This document shows positions 16,044-24,893 of a DNA stretch of 64,000 nt, piece after piece. Position 1 is the first letter of the stretch. The number at the start of each line of letters is the position of its first letter. The translations under genes and the position numbers were made by a program. Below the pieces are notes generated by a model. The model saw nothing but the letters and a program-made list of their open reading frames with translations, did no database searches and was not told the origin of the DNA. This DNA comes from an uncultured bacterium (lineage in GTDB: Bacteria; Actinomycetota; Actinomycetes; S36-B12): NCBI GenBank assembly GCA_903909555.1, contig CAIVWG010000083.1, positions 900 through 64,899 on the forward strand, written 5' to 3'.

Positions 16044-17686
16044 GCGGGGTCGGGCCGGGACCGGGGGACGAGATCGCTCTCGGCGACACGGGCCTTCGCC
16101 TGCGCATTCCCGCGCGAGTGCCGGACGCGGGGGACGAGTTCCACGTGGGATTCGGGAAGACGGCTCGCGATGGGATCGGCTTGATGCCCGTGCGGTCGCA
16201 GGACTCCTGCGACATGGTCCTCACCAACGTCGTCGTGCTCGACCCCGTCGACGGGGTGCGCGTGGCATCGATCGGCATCCGGGAGGGGCGAATCTCCGGA
16301 GTCGGCCGAGCGGGCAACCCGCGGGTGTCGCCCGACGTCGACATCGTGGTGGGTTCCGGCACGGTGGTGGTCGAGGCGGATGGCCTCATCGCGACGCCCG
16401 GGGGCATCGACACCCACGTGCACTCGCTGTCCCCCCGGGTTTTCGAGGCGGAGATCGCCTCCGGCGTGACGACCGTGATCGGCCAGGAGGCAGGGCCGGT
16501 CTGGGGCGTGGGGCTGGGATCGCGGTGGTACCTCGACCTCGCGCACCGTGCCCTCGATCGCTACCCGCTCAACATCGGACTGCTGGGACGGGGCTCGAGC
16601 GCGCGACCGGACGTGCTGCGCGAGGCGGTCGAGGGCCACGTGTGCGGATTCAAGGTTCACGAGGACACCGGTGCGACCCTGGCCACGATCGACGCCGCCC
16701 TGCGGGTCGCCGACGACATTGACGTGCAGGTGGCCCTCCACACCGACGGCCTCAACGAGACGCTGTCGGTGTCCGACACGCTCGCTGTCCTCGATGGCCG
16801 GGTGATCCATGCCTTCCACGTGGAGGGCTGCGGCGGCGGACATGCTCCCGACGTGCTCACGCTCGCCGGGCACGATCATGTGCTGGCATCGTCAACCAAC
16901 CCCACCCTGCCGTACGGCATGAACGCGGTCGCCGAGCACCTCGACATGATCCTGCTGTGCCACGGCATGGACACGGACAGCGAGGCGGACGTGCGGATCG
17001 CCCGGGCGCGGGTTCGCGGCGTGACCATGGCCGCCGAGAACCGCCTGCACGACATGGGAGTCATCCCGATGACCTCCTCGGACGCGCAGGGGATGGGACG
17101 CGCCGGCGAGACCTGGTGGCGGACATTTGCCCTCGCCAGCGTGATGGCGGGCCATGAGCCCGTCGACGGGCACGACACCGACGACTCCAACGACCGGATC
17201 CTGCGCTACCTCGCGAAGATCACGATCAATCCCGCGCTCGCGCACGGCCTTGCCCACGACGTGGGACGACTCGCGCCCGGCTTCCTCGCCGACATTGTGC
17301 TGTGGCCCGCATCGACCTTCGCGGCCAAGCCGTGGCTGGTGCTCAAGGCGGGATTCCCGGCCTGGGGCGTGACCGGGGATCCGAATGCCAGCATCTCCGA
17401 GGCTGAGCCGCTGCGCCTGGCCGAGCAGTTCGGCGCCCTGGGGGCAGCACCGGCGGAACTGTCCCGGCTGCTCACGAACTCCGCGGCCGCGGCGGAGGGC
17501 CCGTCGGCACGATCCCCCCTGGTCGTGCGCGGCTGCCGTACGGTGCGGGGCTCCGACATGGTGCGCCACGGGATCCTCGGGGAGGTCAGCGTCGCCCCGG
17601 ATGGCTCCGCGGTCGCCTGGGACGGCCGGGCGCTCGCCGGCGCTCCCGTGGCGAGAGTCCCCCTCTCGCGCCTTCTGTTCTGGTAG
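16040..17686 (+). CDS. ureC: Urease alpha subunit paralogue
   Basis: 548 aa, GTGA overlap with ureAB. Motifs present are GGIDTHVH, GFKVHEDTG, VALHTDGLNE, HAFHVEGCGGGHAPD, SSTNPTLPY, EHLDMILLCHGMD, SSDAQGMGR and AKITINPALAHG. All canonical metal ligands and the catalytic His are therefore retained. Confidence 0.85.
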   Translation: MSGVGPGPGDEIALGDTGLRLRIPARVPDAGDEFHVGFGKTARDGIGLMPVRSQDSCDMVLTNVVVLDPVDGVRVASIGIREGRISGVGRAGNPRVSPDVDIVVGSGTVVVEADGLIATPGGIDTHVHSLSPRVFEAEIASGVTTVIGQEAGPVWGVGLGSRWYLDLAHRALDRYPLNIGLLGRGSSARPDVLREAVEGHVCGFKVHEDTGATLATIDAALRVADDIDVQVALHTDGLNETLSVSDTLAVLDGRVIHAFHVEGCGGGHAPDVLTLAGHDHVLASSTNPTLPYGMNAVAEHLDMILLCHGMDTDSEADVRIARARVRGVTMAAENRLHDMGVIPMTSSDAQGMGRAGETWWRTFALASVMAGHEPVDGHDTDDSNDRILRYLAKITINPALAHGLAHDVGRLAPGFLADIVLWPASTFAAKPWLVLKAGFPAWGVTGDPNASISEAEPLRLAEQFGALGAAPAELSRLLTNSAAAAEGPSARSPLVVRGCRTVRGSDMVRHGILGEVSVAPDGSAVAWDGRALAGAPVARVPLSRLLFW

Positions 17687-17774
17687 GGCCCGACAGGGTC
17701 GTAGACTCACGCCTCCCGAGGCCTTGCCCTTTCCGCAGCGCCTCCCACGCGAGACGATGGTGAATCGAGGACGC

Positions 17775-18380
17775 ATGAGCGACGACGCAGCCACGCCTCC
17801 GGCCCCCGACACCCCTCCTCCGCCTCCGCTACCGGGCACGCCCGCCGACGCGGCGGCGTCGCGCAATGGAACGGGCACCGCCGCCCTGGTCCTGGGCATC
17901 ATCGGGCTGGTCCTCGCGTGCGCCTTCGGCGTCGGAATCATCGTCGCGATCATCGCGATCGTGCTGGGCGTCATCGGGCTCAACAACGTCAAGAAGGGTG
18001 TCGCCAGCAACCGTGGCAGCGCACTCGCCGGCACCATCCTCGGCATCGCCGGTTTCGTGATCGGGGCGGTCGTCGTGACCTTCCTGGTGCTGTTCTCGCT
18101 CAGCACGGCACCGCCGTCATCGTCGCTTGATCCGGACAACAATTCCCGGACCGGTCTCGCGGACGGGCAGTACAGCCTGCAGGTCACGGACTACTTCCTG
18201 TACAGCGACCAATGCTCCTACACCGGCACGCCCGTCAACCTCGACACTCAGACGGCAGGAGGCTCGAAGGTGACCGTGGTCGGCCTCGACGAATCCGTGT
18301 GTGGCTTCACCGGCCTCGAGACGGGGGCCGTCTACTTCGTGGTCTCCGGCGGAGAAGCCGAGGTCGTCCGCGTCGAGTAG
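17775..18380 (+). CDS. DUF4190-like membrane protein with Pro-rich N-terminus and Cys-containing C-terminal domain
   Basis: In-frame ATG at 17775 within track ORF 17385-18380. Two glycine/isoleucine-rich TM helices (ALVLGIIGLVLACAFGVGIIVAIIAIVLGVIGL; GSALAGTILGIAGFVIGAVVV) are typical of DUF4190. The start could also be 17757. Confidence 0.6.
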   Translation: MSDDAATPPAPDTPPPPPLPGTPADAAASRNGTGTAALVLGIIGLVLACAFGVGIIVAIIAIVLGVIGLNNVKKGVASNRGSALAGTILGIAGFVIGAVVVTFLVLFSLSTAPPSSSLDPDNNSRTGLADGQYSLQVTDYFLYSDQCSYTGTPVNLDTQTAGGSKVTVVGLDESVCGFTGLETGAVYFVVSGGEAEVVRVE

Positions 18381-18425
18381 TCGCTGTCGGATGAACCCGG
18401 GAGGCGAGGTCTCCCCGGCGTCACG

Positions 18426-18501
18426 TGGTGGGCGATACAGGATTTGAACCTGTGACCTCTTCCGTGTCAAGGAAGCGCGCTAGCCCCTGCGCCAATCGCC
18501 C
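18426..18501 (-). tRNA. tRNA-Val (anticodon GAC), CCA encoded
   Basis: The reverse complement GGGCGATTGGCGCAGGGGCTAGCGCGCTTCCTTGACACGGAAGAGGTCACAGGTTCAAATCCTGTATCGCCCACCA folds as a cloverleaf. The anticodon loop is TTGACAC. Confidence 0.9.
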
Positions 18502-18531
18502 GTGTGCCGTGCTGCTTGCGGTGGTGCGTCG

Positions 18532-18602
18532 AGGTGGAGACGGGATTCGAACCCGTGTAGACGGCTTTGCAGGCCGTTGCCTCGCCTCTCGGCCACTCCA
18601 CC
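18532..18602 (-). tRNA. tRNA-Cys (anticodon GCA)
   Basis: The reverse complement is GGTGGAGTGGCCGAGAGGCGAGGCAACGGCCTGCAAAGCCGTCTACACGGGTTCGAATCCCGTCTCCACCT. The anticodon loop is CTGCAAA and no CCA is encoded. Confidence 0.9.
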
Positions 18603-18627
18603 AGAGGCCTCGGGTGAGGACCCTTCG

Positions 18628-18700
18628 AGCGGACGACGGGACTCGAACCCGCGACCCTCACCTTGGCAAGGTGATGCGCTACCAACTGCGCTACGTCCGC
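18628..18700 (-). tRNA. tRNA-Gly (anticodon GCC)
   Basis: The reverse complement is GCGGACGTAGCGCAGTTGGTAGCGCATCACCTTGCCAAGGTGAGGGTCGCGGGTTCGAGTCCCGTCGTCCGCT. The anticodon loop is TTGCCAA and no CCA is encoded. Confidence 0.9.
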
Positions 18701-18833
18701 GCTGGGGGAGCCGCGAGCGCAGGATCGCTGCCCTCGTCGAGTCCACCGGGAACTAGACGATAGCCGACGTGCGCACCGCTCCCCAAGGCGCCCCTGAAGC
18801 CGTGTCCTCCGACACGACCCTCGGATCCTCACG

Positions 18834-19985
18834 ATGCCCCACAATGGCGTCATGGCGCCTGCGGCCGGTCGGCACGCTCCCTGCGCCCGACTCGGCGGGC
18901 TCGTCGCGTCGGGGCTCGATGCGGTCACCTCCGAGCTGTCGGCCCTGGACACGACCGGGCGCTGGGCGGTCCTGCTCCCGTTTGCGGGGCGGCCCGTGCT
19001 GGCGCGCTTCGACCGGTGGGCGCCGGGGCCCCCGGAAGACGTCGCCGGGGCATGGGAGGGGCCGATCGCATGGTCCTCCTCGATGGGCCGACAGGCCTAC
19101 GTCGATGCCGTGGAGGTCGTGCGGGAGCACATCGCCGCGGGCGATGTCTACCAGGCAAACGTGTGCCGCGTGATGCGCGCGGACCTGCCGGATGCTGCGC
19201 GCTCCGATATCGGGGGACTGCACGCGCTCCTCGACCGGGGCAATCCCGCGCCCTTCTCGGGGATGCTCCGGCTGCCCGACCACGGGATCCACGTGGCCAC
19301 CGCGTCCCCCGAGCTCTTCCTCCGCTCCGTGCCGTCGACGTCCGGGGGCGATGAGGGGTACCTCGAGTCGGGTCCGATCAAGGGAACGGGCCGCACGCCG
19401 CAGGACCTCACCGAGAAGGATCGCGCCGAGAACGTCATGATCGTCGATCTCGTCCGCAATGACCTGTCCCGCGTCTCCGTTCCAGGAACGGTCTCGGTGC
19501 CCGACCTACTCGCCCTCGAGGAGCATCCCGGTCTCGTGCACCTGGTCTCGCGGGTTCGCGGCCGGCTGACGCCCGCCGCGACATGGCCGGAGATCATGGC
19601 GGCGACGTTCCCTCCCGGGTCGGTGACGGGGGCACCCAAGATCGCGGCGCTCGGGATCATCGACGAGGTCGAGCCGGTGTCGCGGGAGGTGTACTGCGGG
19701 GCGATCGGATGGGTGGACGCCGACCGGGGGACCGCAGAGCTCGCCGTGAGCATCCGAACGTTCTGGCACGACGGCGAGACCCTGAAGTTCGGGACGGGAG
19801 CCGGGATCACCTGGGGGTCGGACGCCCAGCGCGAGTGGGAGGAGACCGAGTTGAAGGCCGCCCGGCTCATCGCGCTCGCGTCCGGGTGCTGGCCGTCGGC
19901 AGATGATCCGCCGACCACGGGCGCGAGCACCCTGGAGCCGTCCCTCGCCAGGGTGGGCTCGGCGGAGACCCGGAGCCCGGCATGA
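18834..19985 (+). CDS. pabB: Aminodeoxychorismate synthase component I (chorismate-binding enzyme)
   Basis: 383 aa. Motifs present are GDVYQANVC, SPELFLR, GPIKGTGRT, ENVMIVDLVRND, FPPGSVTGAPK, REVYCGAIGW and GAGITWGSD. The assignment is supported by the overlapping class-IV aminotransferase gene downstream. The exact start is uncertain. Confidence 0.75.
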   Translation: MPHNGVMAPAAGRHAPCARLGGLVASGLDAVTSELSALDTTGRWAVLLPFAGRPVLARFDRWAPGPPEDVAGAWEGPIAWSSSMGRQAYVDAVEVVREHIAAGDVYQANVCRVMRADLPDAARSDIGGLHALLDRGNPAPFSGMLRLPDHGIHVATASPELFLRSVPSTSGGDEGYLESGPIKGTGRTPQDLTEKDRAENVMIVDLVRNDLSRVSVPGTVSVPDLLALEEHPGLVHLVSRVRGRLTPAATWPEIMAATFPPGSVTGAPKIAALGIIDEVEPVSREVYCGAIGWVDADRGTAELAVSIRTFWHDGETLKFGTGAGITWGSDAQREWEETELKAARLIALASGCWPSADDPPTTGASTLEPSLARVGSAETRSPA

Positions 19986-20815
19986 GGTTCTGGGTGTCCG
20001 AGTCGGGGGGTCTCGTGGATGCCGACGAGGCGCGCGTCTCCGTCCTCGATCACGGATTCACGGTGGCCGACGGGGTCTTCGAGACGCTCAAGGTCGTCGA
20101 CGGGACCGCCTTCGCGCTCTCCCGGCATCTCCGCCGGCTCGAGCGCTCCGCCGCGCGGATGGGGCTGCCCGCTCCCGACCTTGCCTCGATCGCCGACGCC
20201 GTGCACGAGACGACGCGCGCCAACCGCGCCGAGGTCGGCCCCCTCGGGCGCCTGCGCATCACCTACACGGCCGGTGCCGGCGAGCTGGGAAGCGACCGGG
20301 GCGAGGCCGCCGCGACTCTCGTCGTGGCGATCGCGGCCACCGCTCCGTGGCCGGACTCCGCCCCGGTGATCACCGTCCCATGGCCGCGCAACGAGCGCAG
20401 TCCCCTCGCGGGAGTGAAGTCCACGTCGTACGCCGAGAACGTCCTCGCGCTGGCGGAAGCCCGCCGCCATGGCGCCGCGGAGGCGCTCATGCCCGACACG
20501 CAGGGCAGGCTGTGCGAGGGGACGGGATCCAACGTGCTCCTCGTCCTCGATGGCGAGGCGATCACGCCGTCCCTGGCGACGGGCTGTCTGCCCGGGATCA
20601 CGCGCGAACTCGCCCTGGAGTGGTGCGACATCGCCGAGCGCGACGTGCCCCTCGAGGCGCTGGCGGACGCGACGGAAGTGGCCCTCATGTCCTCCACGCG
20701 CGACATCCAGCCCGTCCACCGCGTCGACGCGCACGCGGTCCCCGCCCCGGGGCGAGTGATCGGTCCCCTCGCGGCGGAGTTCCGCCGCCGGGCGCGCGCC
20801 GACCTCGATCCCTGA
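19982..20815 (+). CDS. pabC: Aminodeoxychorismate lyase / class IV aminotransferase
   Basis: 277 aa, ATGA overlap with pabB. The pattern DHGFTVADGVFETLKV...HL.RL..SA...GVKSTSYAENVLAL.EA...GA.EAL....G.L.EGTGSN...PGITR is the fold-type IV PLP pattern. Confidence 0.75.
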   Translation: MRFWVSESGGLVDADEARVSVLDHGFTVADGVFETLKVVDGTAFALSRHLRRLERSAARMGLPAPDLASIADAVHETTRANRAEVGPLGRLRITYTAGAGELGSDRGEAAATLVVAIAATAPWPDSAPVITVPWPRNERSPLAGVKSTSYAENVLALAEARRHGAAEALMPDTQGRLCEGTGSNVLLVLDGEAITPSLATGCLPGITRELALEWCDIAERDVPLEALADATEVALMSSTRDIQPVHRVDAHAVPAPGRVIGPLAAEFRRRARADLDP

Positions 20816-20888
20816 CCCTGCCGCGCGTCATTCCGACACCGCTGGGCCGACGCTGCGCGCACGCCGGCAGCACGGCTACCGTGGTGAG

Positions 20889-21389
20889 GTGAGCGACGCG
20901 CCGCGGGACGACCCACCTCCCGAGAGTCGCCTCGAGCGGTTCGAGGAGGAGGCTGAGGAGGCGGCCGAGAGACTCGTCGAGGGATTCGAGGAGACGGTCG
21001 ACCGCGTCCTTCCGCCGCACCTGCGTGCGCGGGCCTGGGCGCAGAGGCGGCGCTCGACCCACGTGATGTGGCAAGCCGGCGTGCTCGTGCTCGGCTTCGG
21101 CCTCGTCCTCGCGGGGATCGCCATGCTCGTCCTCCCGGGTCCAGGCTGGGCGGCGATCATCCTGGGCCTCATCGTTCTTGCCTCGGAGTACGCCTGGGCG
21201 CGTCGGCTCCTCGATCCTGTGCGTCGCTGGGCCAAGCGCGCGGCGGATGCCGCGCTGGACCCGCGCGTGCGTCGCCGCAATCTCGCGATCACCGCGGTCC
21301 TCGTTGTGATCGGCCTGGCCGCCCTCGCGTGGTACGTCGTCACCTTCGGGTGGACGCTGCAGCCGGTCCTCGACCTGTGGCCGTGGTGA
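20889..21389 (+). CDS. PGPGW-domain transmembrane protein
   Basis: 166 aa, GTG start. Acidic N-terminus followed by LVLAGIAMLVLPGPGWAAIILGLIVLASEYAWARR, the PGPGW motif. Confidence 0.65.
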   Translation: MSDAPRDDPPPESRLERFEEEAEEAAERLVEGFEETVDRVLPPHLRARAWAQRRRSTHVMWQAGVLVLGFGLVLAGIAMLVLPGPGWAAIILGLIVLASEYAWARRLLDPVRRWAKRAADAALDPRVRRRNLAITAVLVVIGLAALAWYVVTFGWTLQPVLDLWPW

Positions 21390-21433
21390 GGTATCCAGTG
21401 CGATACCCTCGCGCTGGCGCGCTGCGCGCTGCC

Positions 21434-21505
<72 letters not shown>

Positions 21506-21553
21506 CCGAACGGCCGTCCCCATCCGCGCGTCAGATGTGGCTGCCGGAAGGAG

Positions 21554-22249
21554 TCACGGGCTCGTGGCGGTCGCGGCGCGCGACTTGCCCCCCGGATCGG
21601 TGACGAGCAGGTACACGCTGAGGATCGCGATCCACACGGGGAACACGTACTCCACGTACCGCACGCCGAAGGGGACGAGCAAGAGGAAGAGTCCCGTGAG
21701 GGTGCCGAGGATCGTGAGCCAGGGCGGGAGCAGCTTGCGCACCCTGCCGAAGGTGGCGAGGGCGAGGCAGAAGACCGCGGCCATGCGCGCGGAGTAGTTG
21801 ATGAGCAGCGCGTTGACGGTATTGCCCGGGATGATCCGCGATGGCTCGGACAGGTCGACGCCGGCCTCCAGGGCGTCGAGCTCGGCGGACGCGAGGGCGC
21901 CCGCCACGAAGATGAGGCCGACGAAGGCGATCCCCGAGGCGAGGAACACGGTCGTGAACAGCCGATGGTCCGCGTGCCCGAGGCTGTAGTTCAGGGCGGC
22001 CATGAACCAGATGAAGGCAATCCCGACGTAGGGCAGCAGGCGCAGGGCCCACTGCGCTCGAGAGATGGAGTCGGCGTCCGGCACGGTCGCGGCACTGACG
22101 AACGCGTCCACGGGGAAGGCCGAACGGAACAACTGGAGCACGACGACCAGTGCGACGGAGAACACCAGCCCGGCGATGGGGGCCGAGCGAGCCGTGCGCA
22201 GCGAGCGCACCAGGCCGCCGGACGGGAGGCTGCCATCGTCCGAGGCCAT
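21554..22249 (-). CDS. Hypothetical integral membrane protein
   Basis: C-terminal 232 aa of track ORF 21554-23236, starting [12 protein letters not shown]. About 6 TM segments. The upstream part of the track ORF is antisense to thrS. Confidence 0.5.
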   Translation of the reverse strand: MASDDGSLPSGGLVRSLRTARSAPIAGLVFSVALVVVLQLFRSAFPVDAFVSAATVPDADSISRAQWALRLLPYVGIAFIWFMAALNYSLGHADHRLFTTVFLASGIAFVGLIFVAGALASAELDALEAGVDLSEPSRIIPGNTVNALLINYSARMAAVFCLALATFGRVRKLLPPWLTILGTLTGLFLLLVPFGVRYVEYVFPVWIAILSVYLLVTDPGGKSRAATATSP

Positions 22250-22303
22250 GACGGGGACGATACCGTGGGCGCACCTCGGACTCGGAAGCGGAAAGGCGTA
22301 GCG

Positions 22304-24322
22304 ATGGCAGACCTGGTGATCTCCGTGGAGAGGCACGAGGGACCGCAGGCCGTGTCCGTGCCCGATGGCGCCACGGCCTTCGACGTGGTGGGCGGCGATC
22401 GCTCGATCGTGGTCGCGAGGATCAATGGTGTTCTCCGCGACCTGGCGACCCCGGTCCGGGCGGGTGACACCGTGGAGCCCGTGAGCGTCGACAGTCCGGA
22501 CGGGCTCGCGGTACTCCGGCACTCCACGGCGCACGTCCTCGCGCAGGCCGTGCAGGATGCCTTCCCCGAGGCCAAGCTCGGCGTGGGCCCGCCCATCACC
22601 GACGGGTTCTACTACGACTTCCAGGTGCCCAGCCCCTTCACGGCGGAGGATCTCAAGGCGCTGGAGAAGCGGATGCAGGAGATCGTGAAGTCGGGCCAGC
22701 GCTTCCGGCGGCGCGTCGTGACGGAGTCCGAGGCGCGTCACGAACTCGCCGGTGAGCCCTTCAAGCTCCGTCTCATCGGCAGCGAGGGCGGCGCGGAGGT
22801 CATGGAGGTCGGCGGCAGCGAGTTGACGATCTACGACAACGTCGATGCCAAGACCGGGGCGACCTGCTGGGGTGACCTCTGCCGAGGCCCCCACGTCCCC
22901 GACACGAGATACATCCCCCCGAACGCGTTCCGGCTCATGCGCACGTCCGGGGCCTACTGGCTCGGTGACCAGCGCAACGAGCAGCTCCAGCGGGTCTATG
23001 GAACCGCCTGGCCCTCCAAGGATGCGCTGCAGGCCCACCTGACCTTCCTCGAGGAAGCCGAGAAGCGCGACCATCGGAAGCTGGGCGCGGAGATGGACCT
23101 GTTCAGCTTCCCCGAGGAGATCGGCTCGGGGCTCGCCGTGTTCCACCCCAAGGGCGGAGTGGTACGCCGCGTCATGGAGGACTACTCCCGCAAGCGGCAC
23201 GAGGAGGGCGGCTACGAGTTCGTCAATACCCCCCACATCACCAAGGCGGCGCTCTTCGAGAAGTCAGGGCACCTGGACTGGTATGCGGAGGGGATGTACC
23301 CCCCGATGCAGCTGGATGCCGACATCGACGCGGATGGGCATGTGCGACGTCAGGGGTTCGACTACTACCTCAAGCCGATGAACTGCCCCATGCACAACCT
23401 CATCTTCGATGCGCGCGGCCGCTCGTACCGCGAACTCCCACTTCGCCTGTTCGAGTTCGGCACCGTCTACCGCTACGAGAAGTCCGGCGTCGTCCAGGGC
23501 ATGACCCGCGCGCGCGGATTCACGCAGGACGACGCGCACATCTACTGCACGCGCGAGCAGATGGCCGAGGAGCTGGACAAGCTGCTCACCTTCGTGCTCG
23601 ACCTCCTGCGGGACTACGGCCTGGAGGACTTCTACCTCGAGCTGTCGACGCGCGACCCGGAGAAGTCCGTGGGCTCCGATGAGGTCTGGGCCGAGGCCAC
23701 CGAGGTCCTCCGCCAGGCCGCCGAGAAGCAGGGGCTGGAGTTGGTCCTCGACGAGGGTGGCGCTGCCTTCTACGGCCCGAAGATCTCCGTCCAGGCCAAG
23801 GATGCCATCGGCCGGACCTGGCAGATGTCGACGATCCAGCTGGACTTCAACCTCCCGGAGAGGTTCGACCTGGAGTACCAGGCGCCCGATGGCACGCGGC
23901 AGCGTCCCGTCATGATCCACCGCGCCCTCTTCGGATCCATCGAGCGCTTCTTCGCGGTGCTCCTCGAGCACTACGCCGGTGCGTTTCCGCCCTGGCTCGC
24001 GCCGGTCCAGGCCGTGTGCATCCCGGTCTCGGACACGCACGTCGACTATCTCGACGGAGTGGCGAGGCTGCTGCGCGAGGCGGGGATCCGGGTCGAGGTG
24101 GACGACTCCTCCGATCGGATGCAAAAGAAGATCCGGACCGCGCAGAGGGCCAAGGTTCCGTTCATGCTCATTGCCGGCGATGACGACGTCGCGGCGGGGG
24201 CCGTCTCCTTCCGCTACCGGGATGGCAGCCAGCGCAACGGAGTTCCCATCCCGGAGGCCATCGCGGAGATCGCCGATGCCGTGGCGCGCCGCGTCCAGGT
24301 CGACTCGGCACCCGGGGCATGA
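22304..24322 (+). CDS. thrS: Threonine--tRNA ligase
   Basis: In-frame ATG at 22304. 672 aa with a TGS domain, editing-domain motif [12 protein letters not shown], class II motifs ([38 protein letters not shown]) and an anticodon-binding domain. Confidence 0.95.
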   Translation: MADLVISVERHEGPQAVSVPDGATAFDVVGGDRSIVVARINGVLRDLATPVRAGDTVEPVSVDSPDGLAVLRHSTAHVLAQAVQDAFPEAKLGVGPPITDGFYYDFQVPSPFTAEDLKALEKRMQEIVKSGQRFRRRVVTESEARHELAGEPFKLRLIGSEGGAEVMEVGGSELTIYDNVDAKTGATCWGDLCRGPHVPDTRYIPPNAFRLMRTSGAYWLGDQRNEQLQRVYGTAWPSKDALQAHLTFLEEAEKRDHRKLGAEMDLFSFPEEIGSGLAVFHPKGGVVRRVMEDYSRKRHEEGGYEFVNTPHITKAALFEKSGHLDWYAEGMYPPMQLDADIDADGHVRRQGFDYYLKPMNCPMHNLIFDARGRSYRELPLRLFEFGTVYRYEKSGVVQGMTRARGFTQDDAHIYCTREQMAEELDKLLTFVLDLLRDYGLEDFYLELSTRDPEKSVGSDEVWAEATEVLRQAAEKQGLELVLDEGGAAFYGPKISVQAKDAIGRTWQMSTIQLDFNLPERFDLEYQAPDGTRQRPVMIHRALFGSIERFFAVLLEHYAGAFPPWLAPVQAVCIPVSDTHVDYLDGVARLLREAGIRVEVDDSSDRMQKKIRTAQRAKVPFMLIAGDDDVAAGAVSFRYRDGSQRNGVPIPEAIAEIADAVARRVQVDSAPGA

Positions 24323-24335
24323 GCGAGGGCATGCC

Positions 24336-24881
24336 GTGACCGATGACGTGCGACGCGACCTCGGCGGCATGCCGGACCGGTGGGATCGGCTGTGGACCCC
24401 CCATCGACAGCCGTACCTCGCGGGGGAGAGCCGCCCGGCCCACGATGAGGCCGGTGAGGAGTGCCCCTTCTGTCGCGCGGCGCTCCAGGTCGAAGGCGAG
24501 GGCCTCGTCGTGCGCCGAGGGGCGCTCGCCTACGTCGTGCTCAACCTCTTCCCCTACAACTCCGGCCATCTGCTGGTCTGCCCCTACCGCCATGTGGCGG
24601 ACTATGCGGACCTCGACGAGACCGAGATGGCCGAGATCGGACGCCTGACCCAGCAGGCCATGACGACGCTGCGCCAGGTCAGCCGCGCCCAGGGCTTCAA
24701 CATCGGCATGAACCAGGGCAAGGTGGGTGGCGCCGGGATCGCCGGGCACCTGCACCAGCATGTCGTCCCGCGGTGGGGCGGCGACACCAACTTCCTTCCC
24801 GTCGTCGGGCAGACGAAGACGATGCCGCAATTGCTCGAGGAGACGTGCGCCATCCTCACCGAGGCGTGGGCAGCGGACTGA
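24336..24881 (+). CDS. HIT family protein, Ap4A phosphorylase (Rv2613c)-like
   Basis: In-frame GTG at 24336. Motifs present are LWTPHRQPYL, VVLNLFPYNSGHLLVCPYRHV and the histidine-triad variant GHLHQHVVPRWGGDTNF. The position after thrS matches mycobacterial synteny. Confidence 0.85.
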   Translation: MTDDVRRDLGGMPDRWDRLWTPHRQPYLAGESRPAHDEAGEECPFCRAALQVEGEGLVVRRGALAYVVLNLFPYNSGHLLVCPYRHVADYADLDETEMAEIGRLTQQAMTTLRQVSRAQGFNIGMNQGKVGGAGIAGHLHQHVVPRWGGDTNFLPVVGQTKTMPQLLEETCAILTEAWAAD

Positions 24882-24893
24882 GAGGAGCTCACC

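Noticed and set aside
13619-16879. 1086-aa minus-strand ORF, the longest in the track
   Set aside because: It is entirely antisense to the amidohydrolase, ureAB and ureC genes, all of which carry clear family motifs. Its translation is Arg/Gly/Pro/Ala-rich with no motifs. This is the typical shadow ORF of GC-rich DNA with few stop codons.
9576-18425. Possibility that the pot/amidohydrolase/urease block is a genomic island integrated at the 3' end of tRNA-Val(GAC)
   Set aside because: There is no integrase, recombinase or transposase gene, and I found no direct repeat of the tRNA 3' end at the distal side. Base composition and codon style look like the rest of the window. This remains untested without whole-genome comparison.
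22250-22303. T-box or attenuator leaders upstream of the four aminoacyl-tRNA synthetase genes
   Set aside because: thrS has only 54 nt of upstream non-coding DNA. hisS, aspS and alaS overlap or abut the preceding genes. No room exists for a 200-nt T-box leader.
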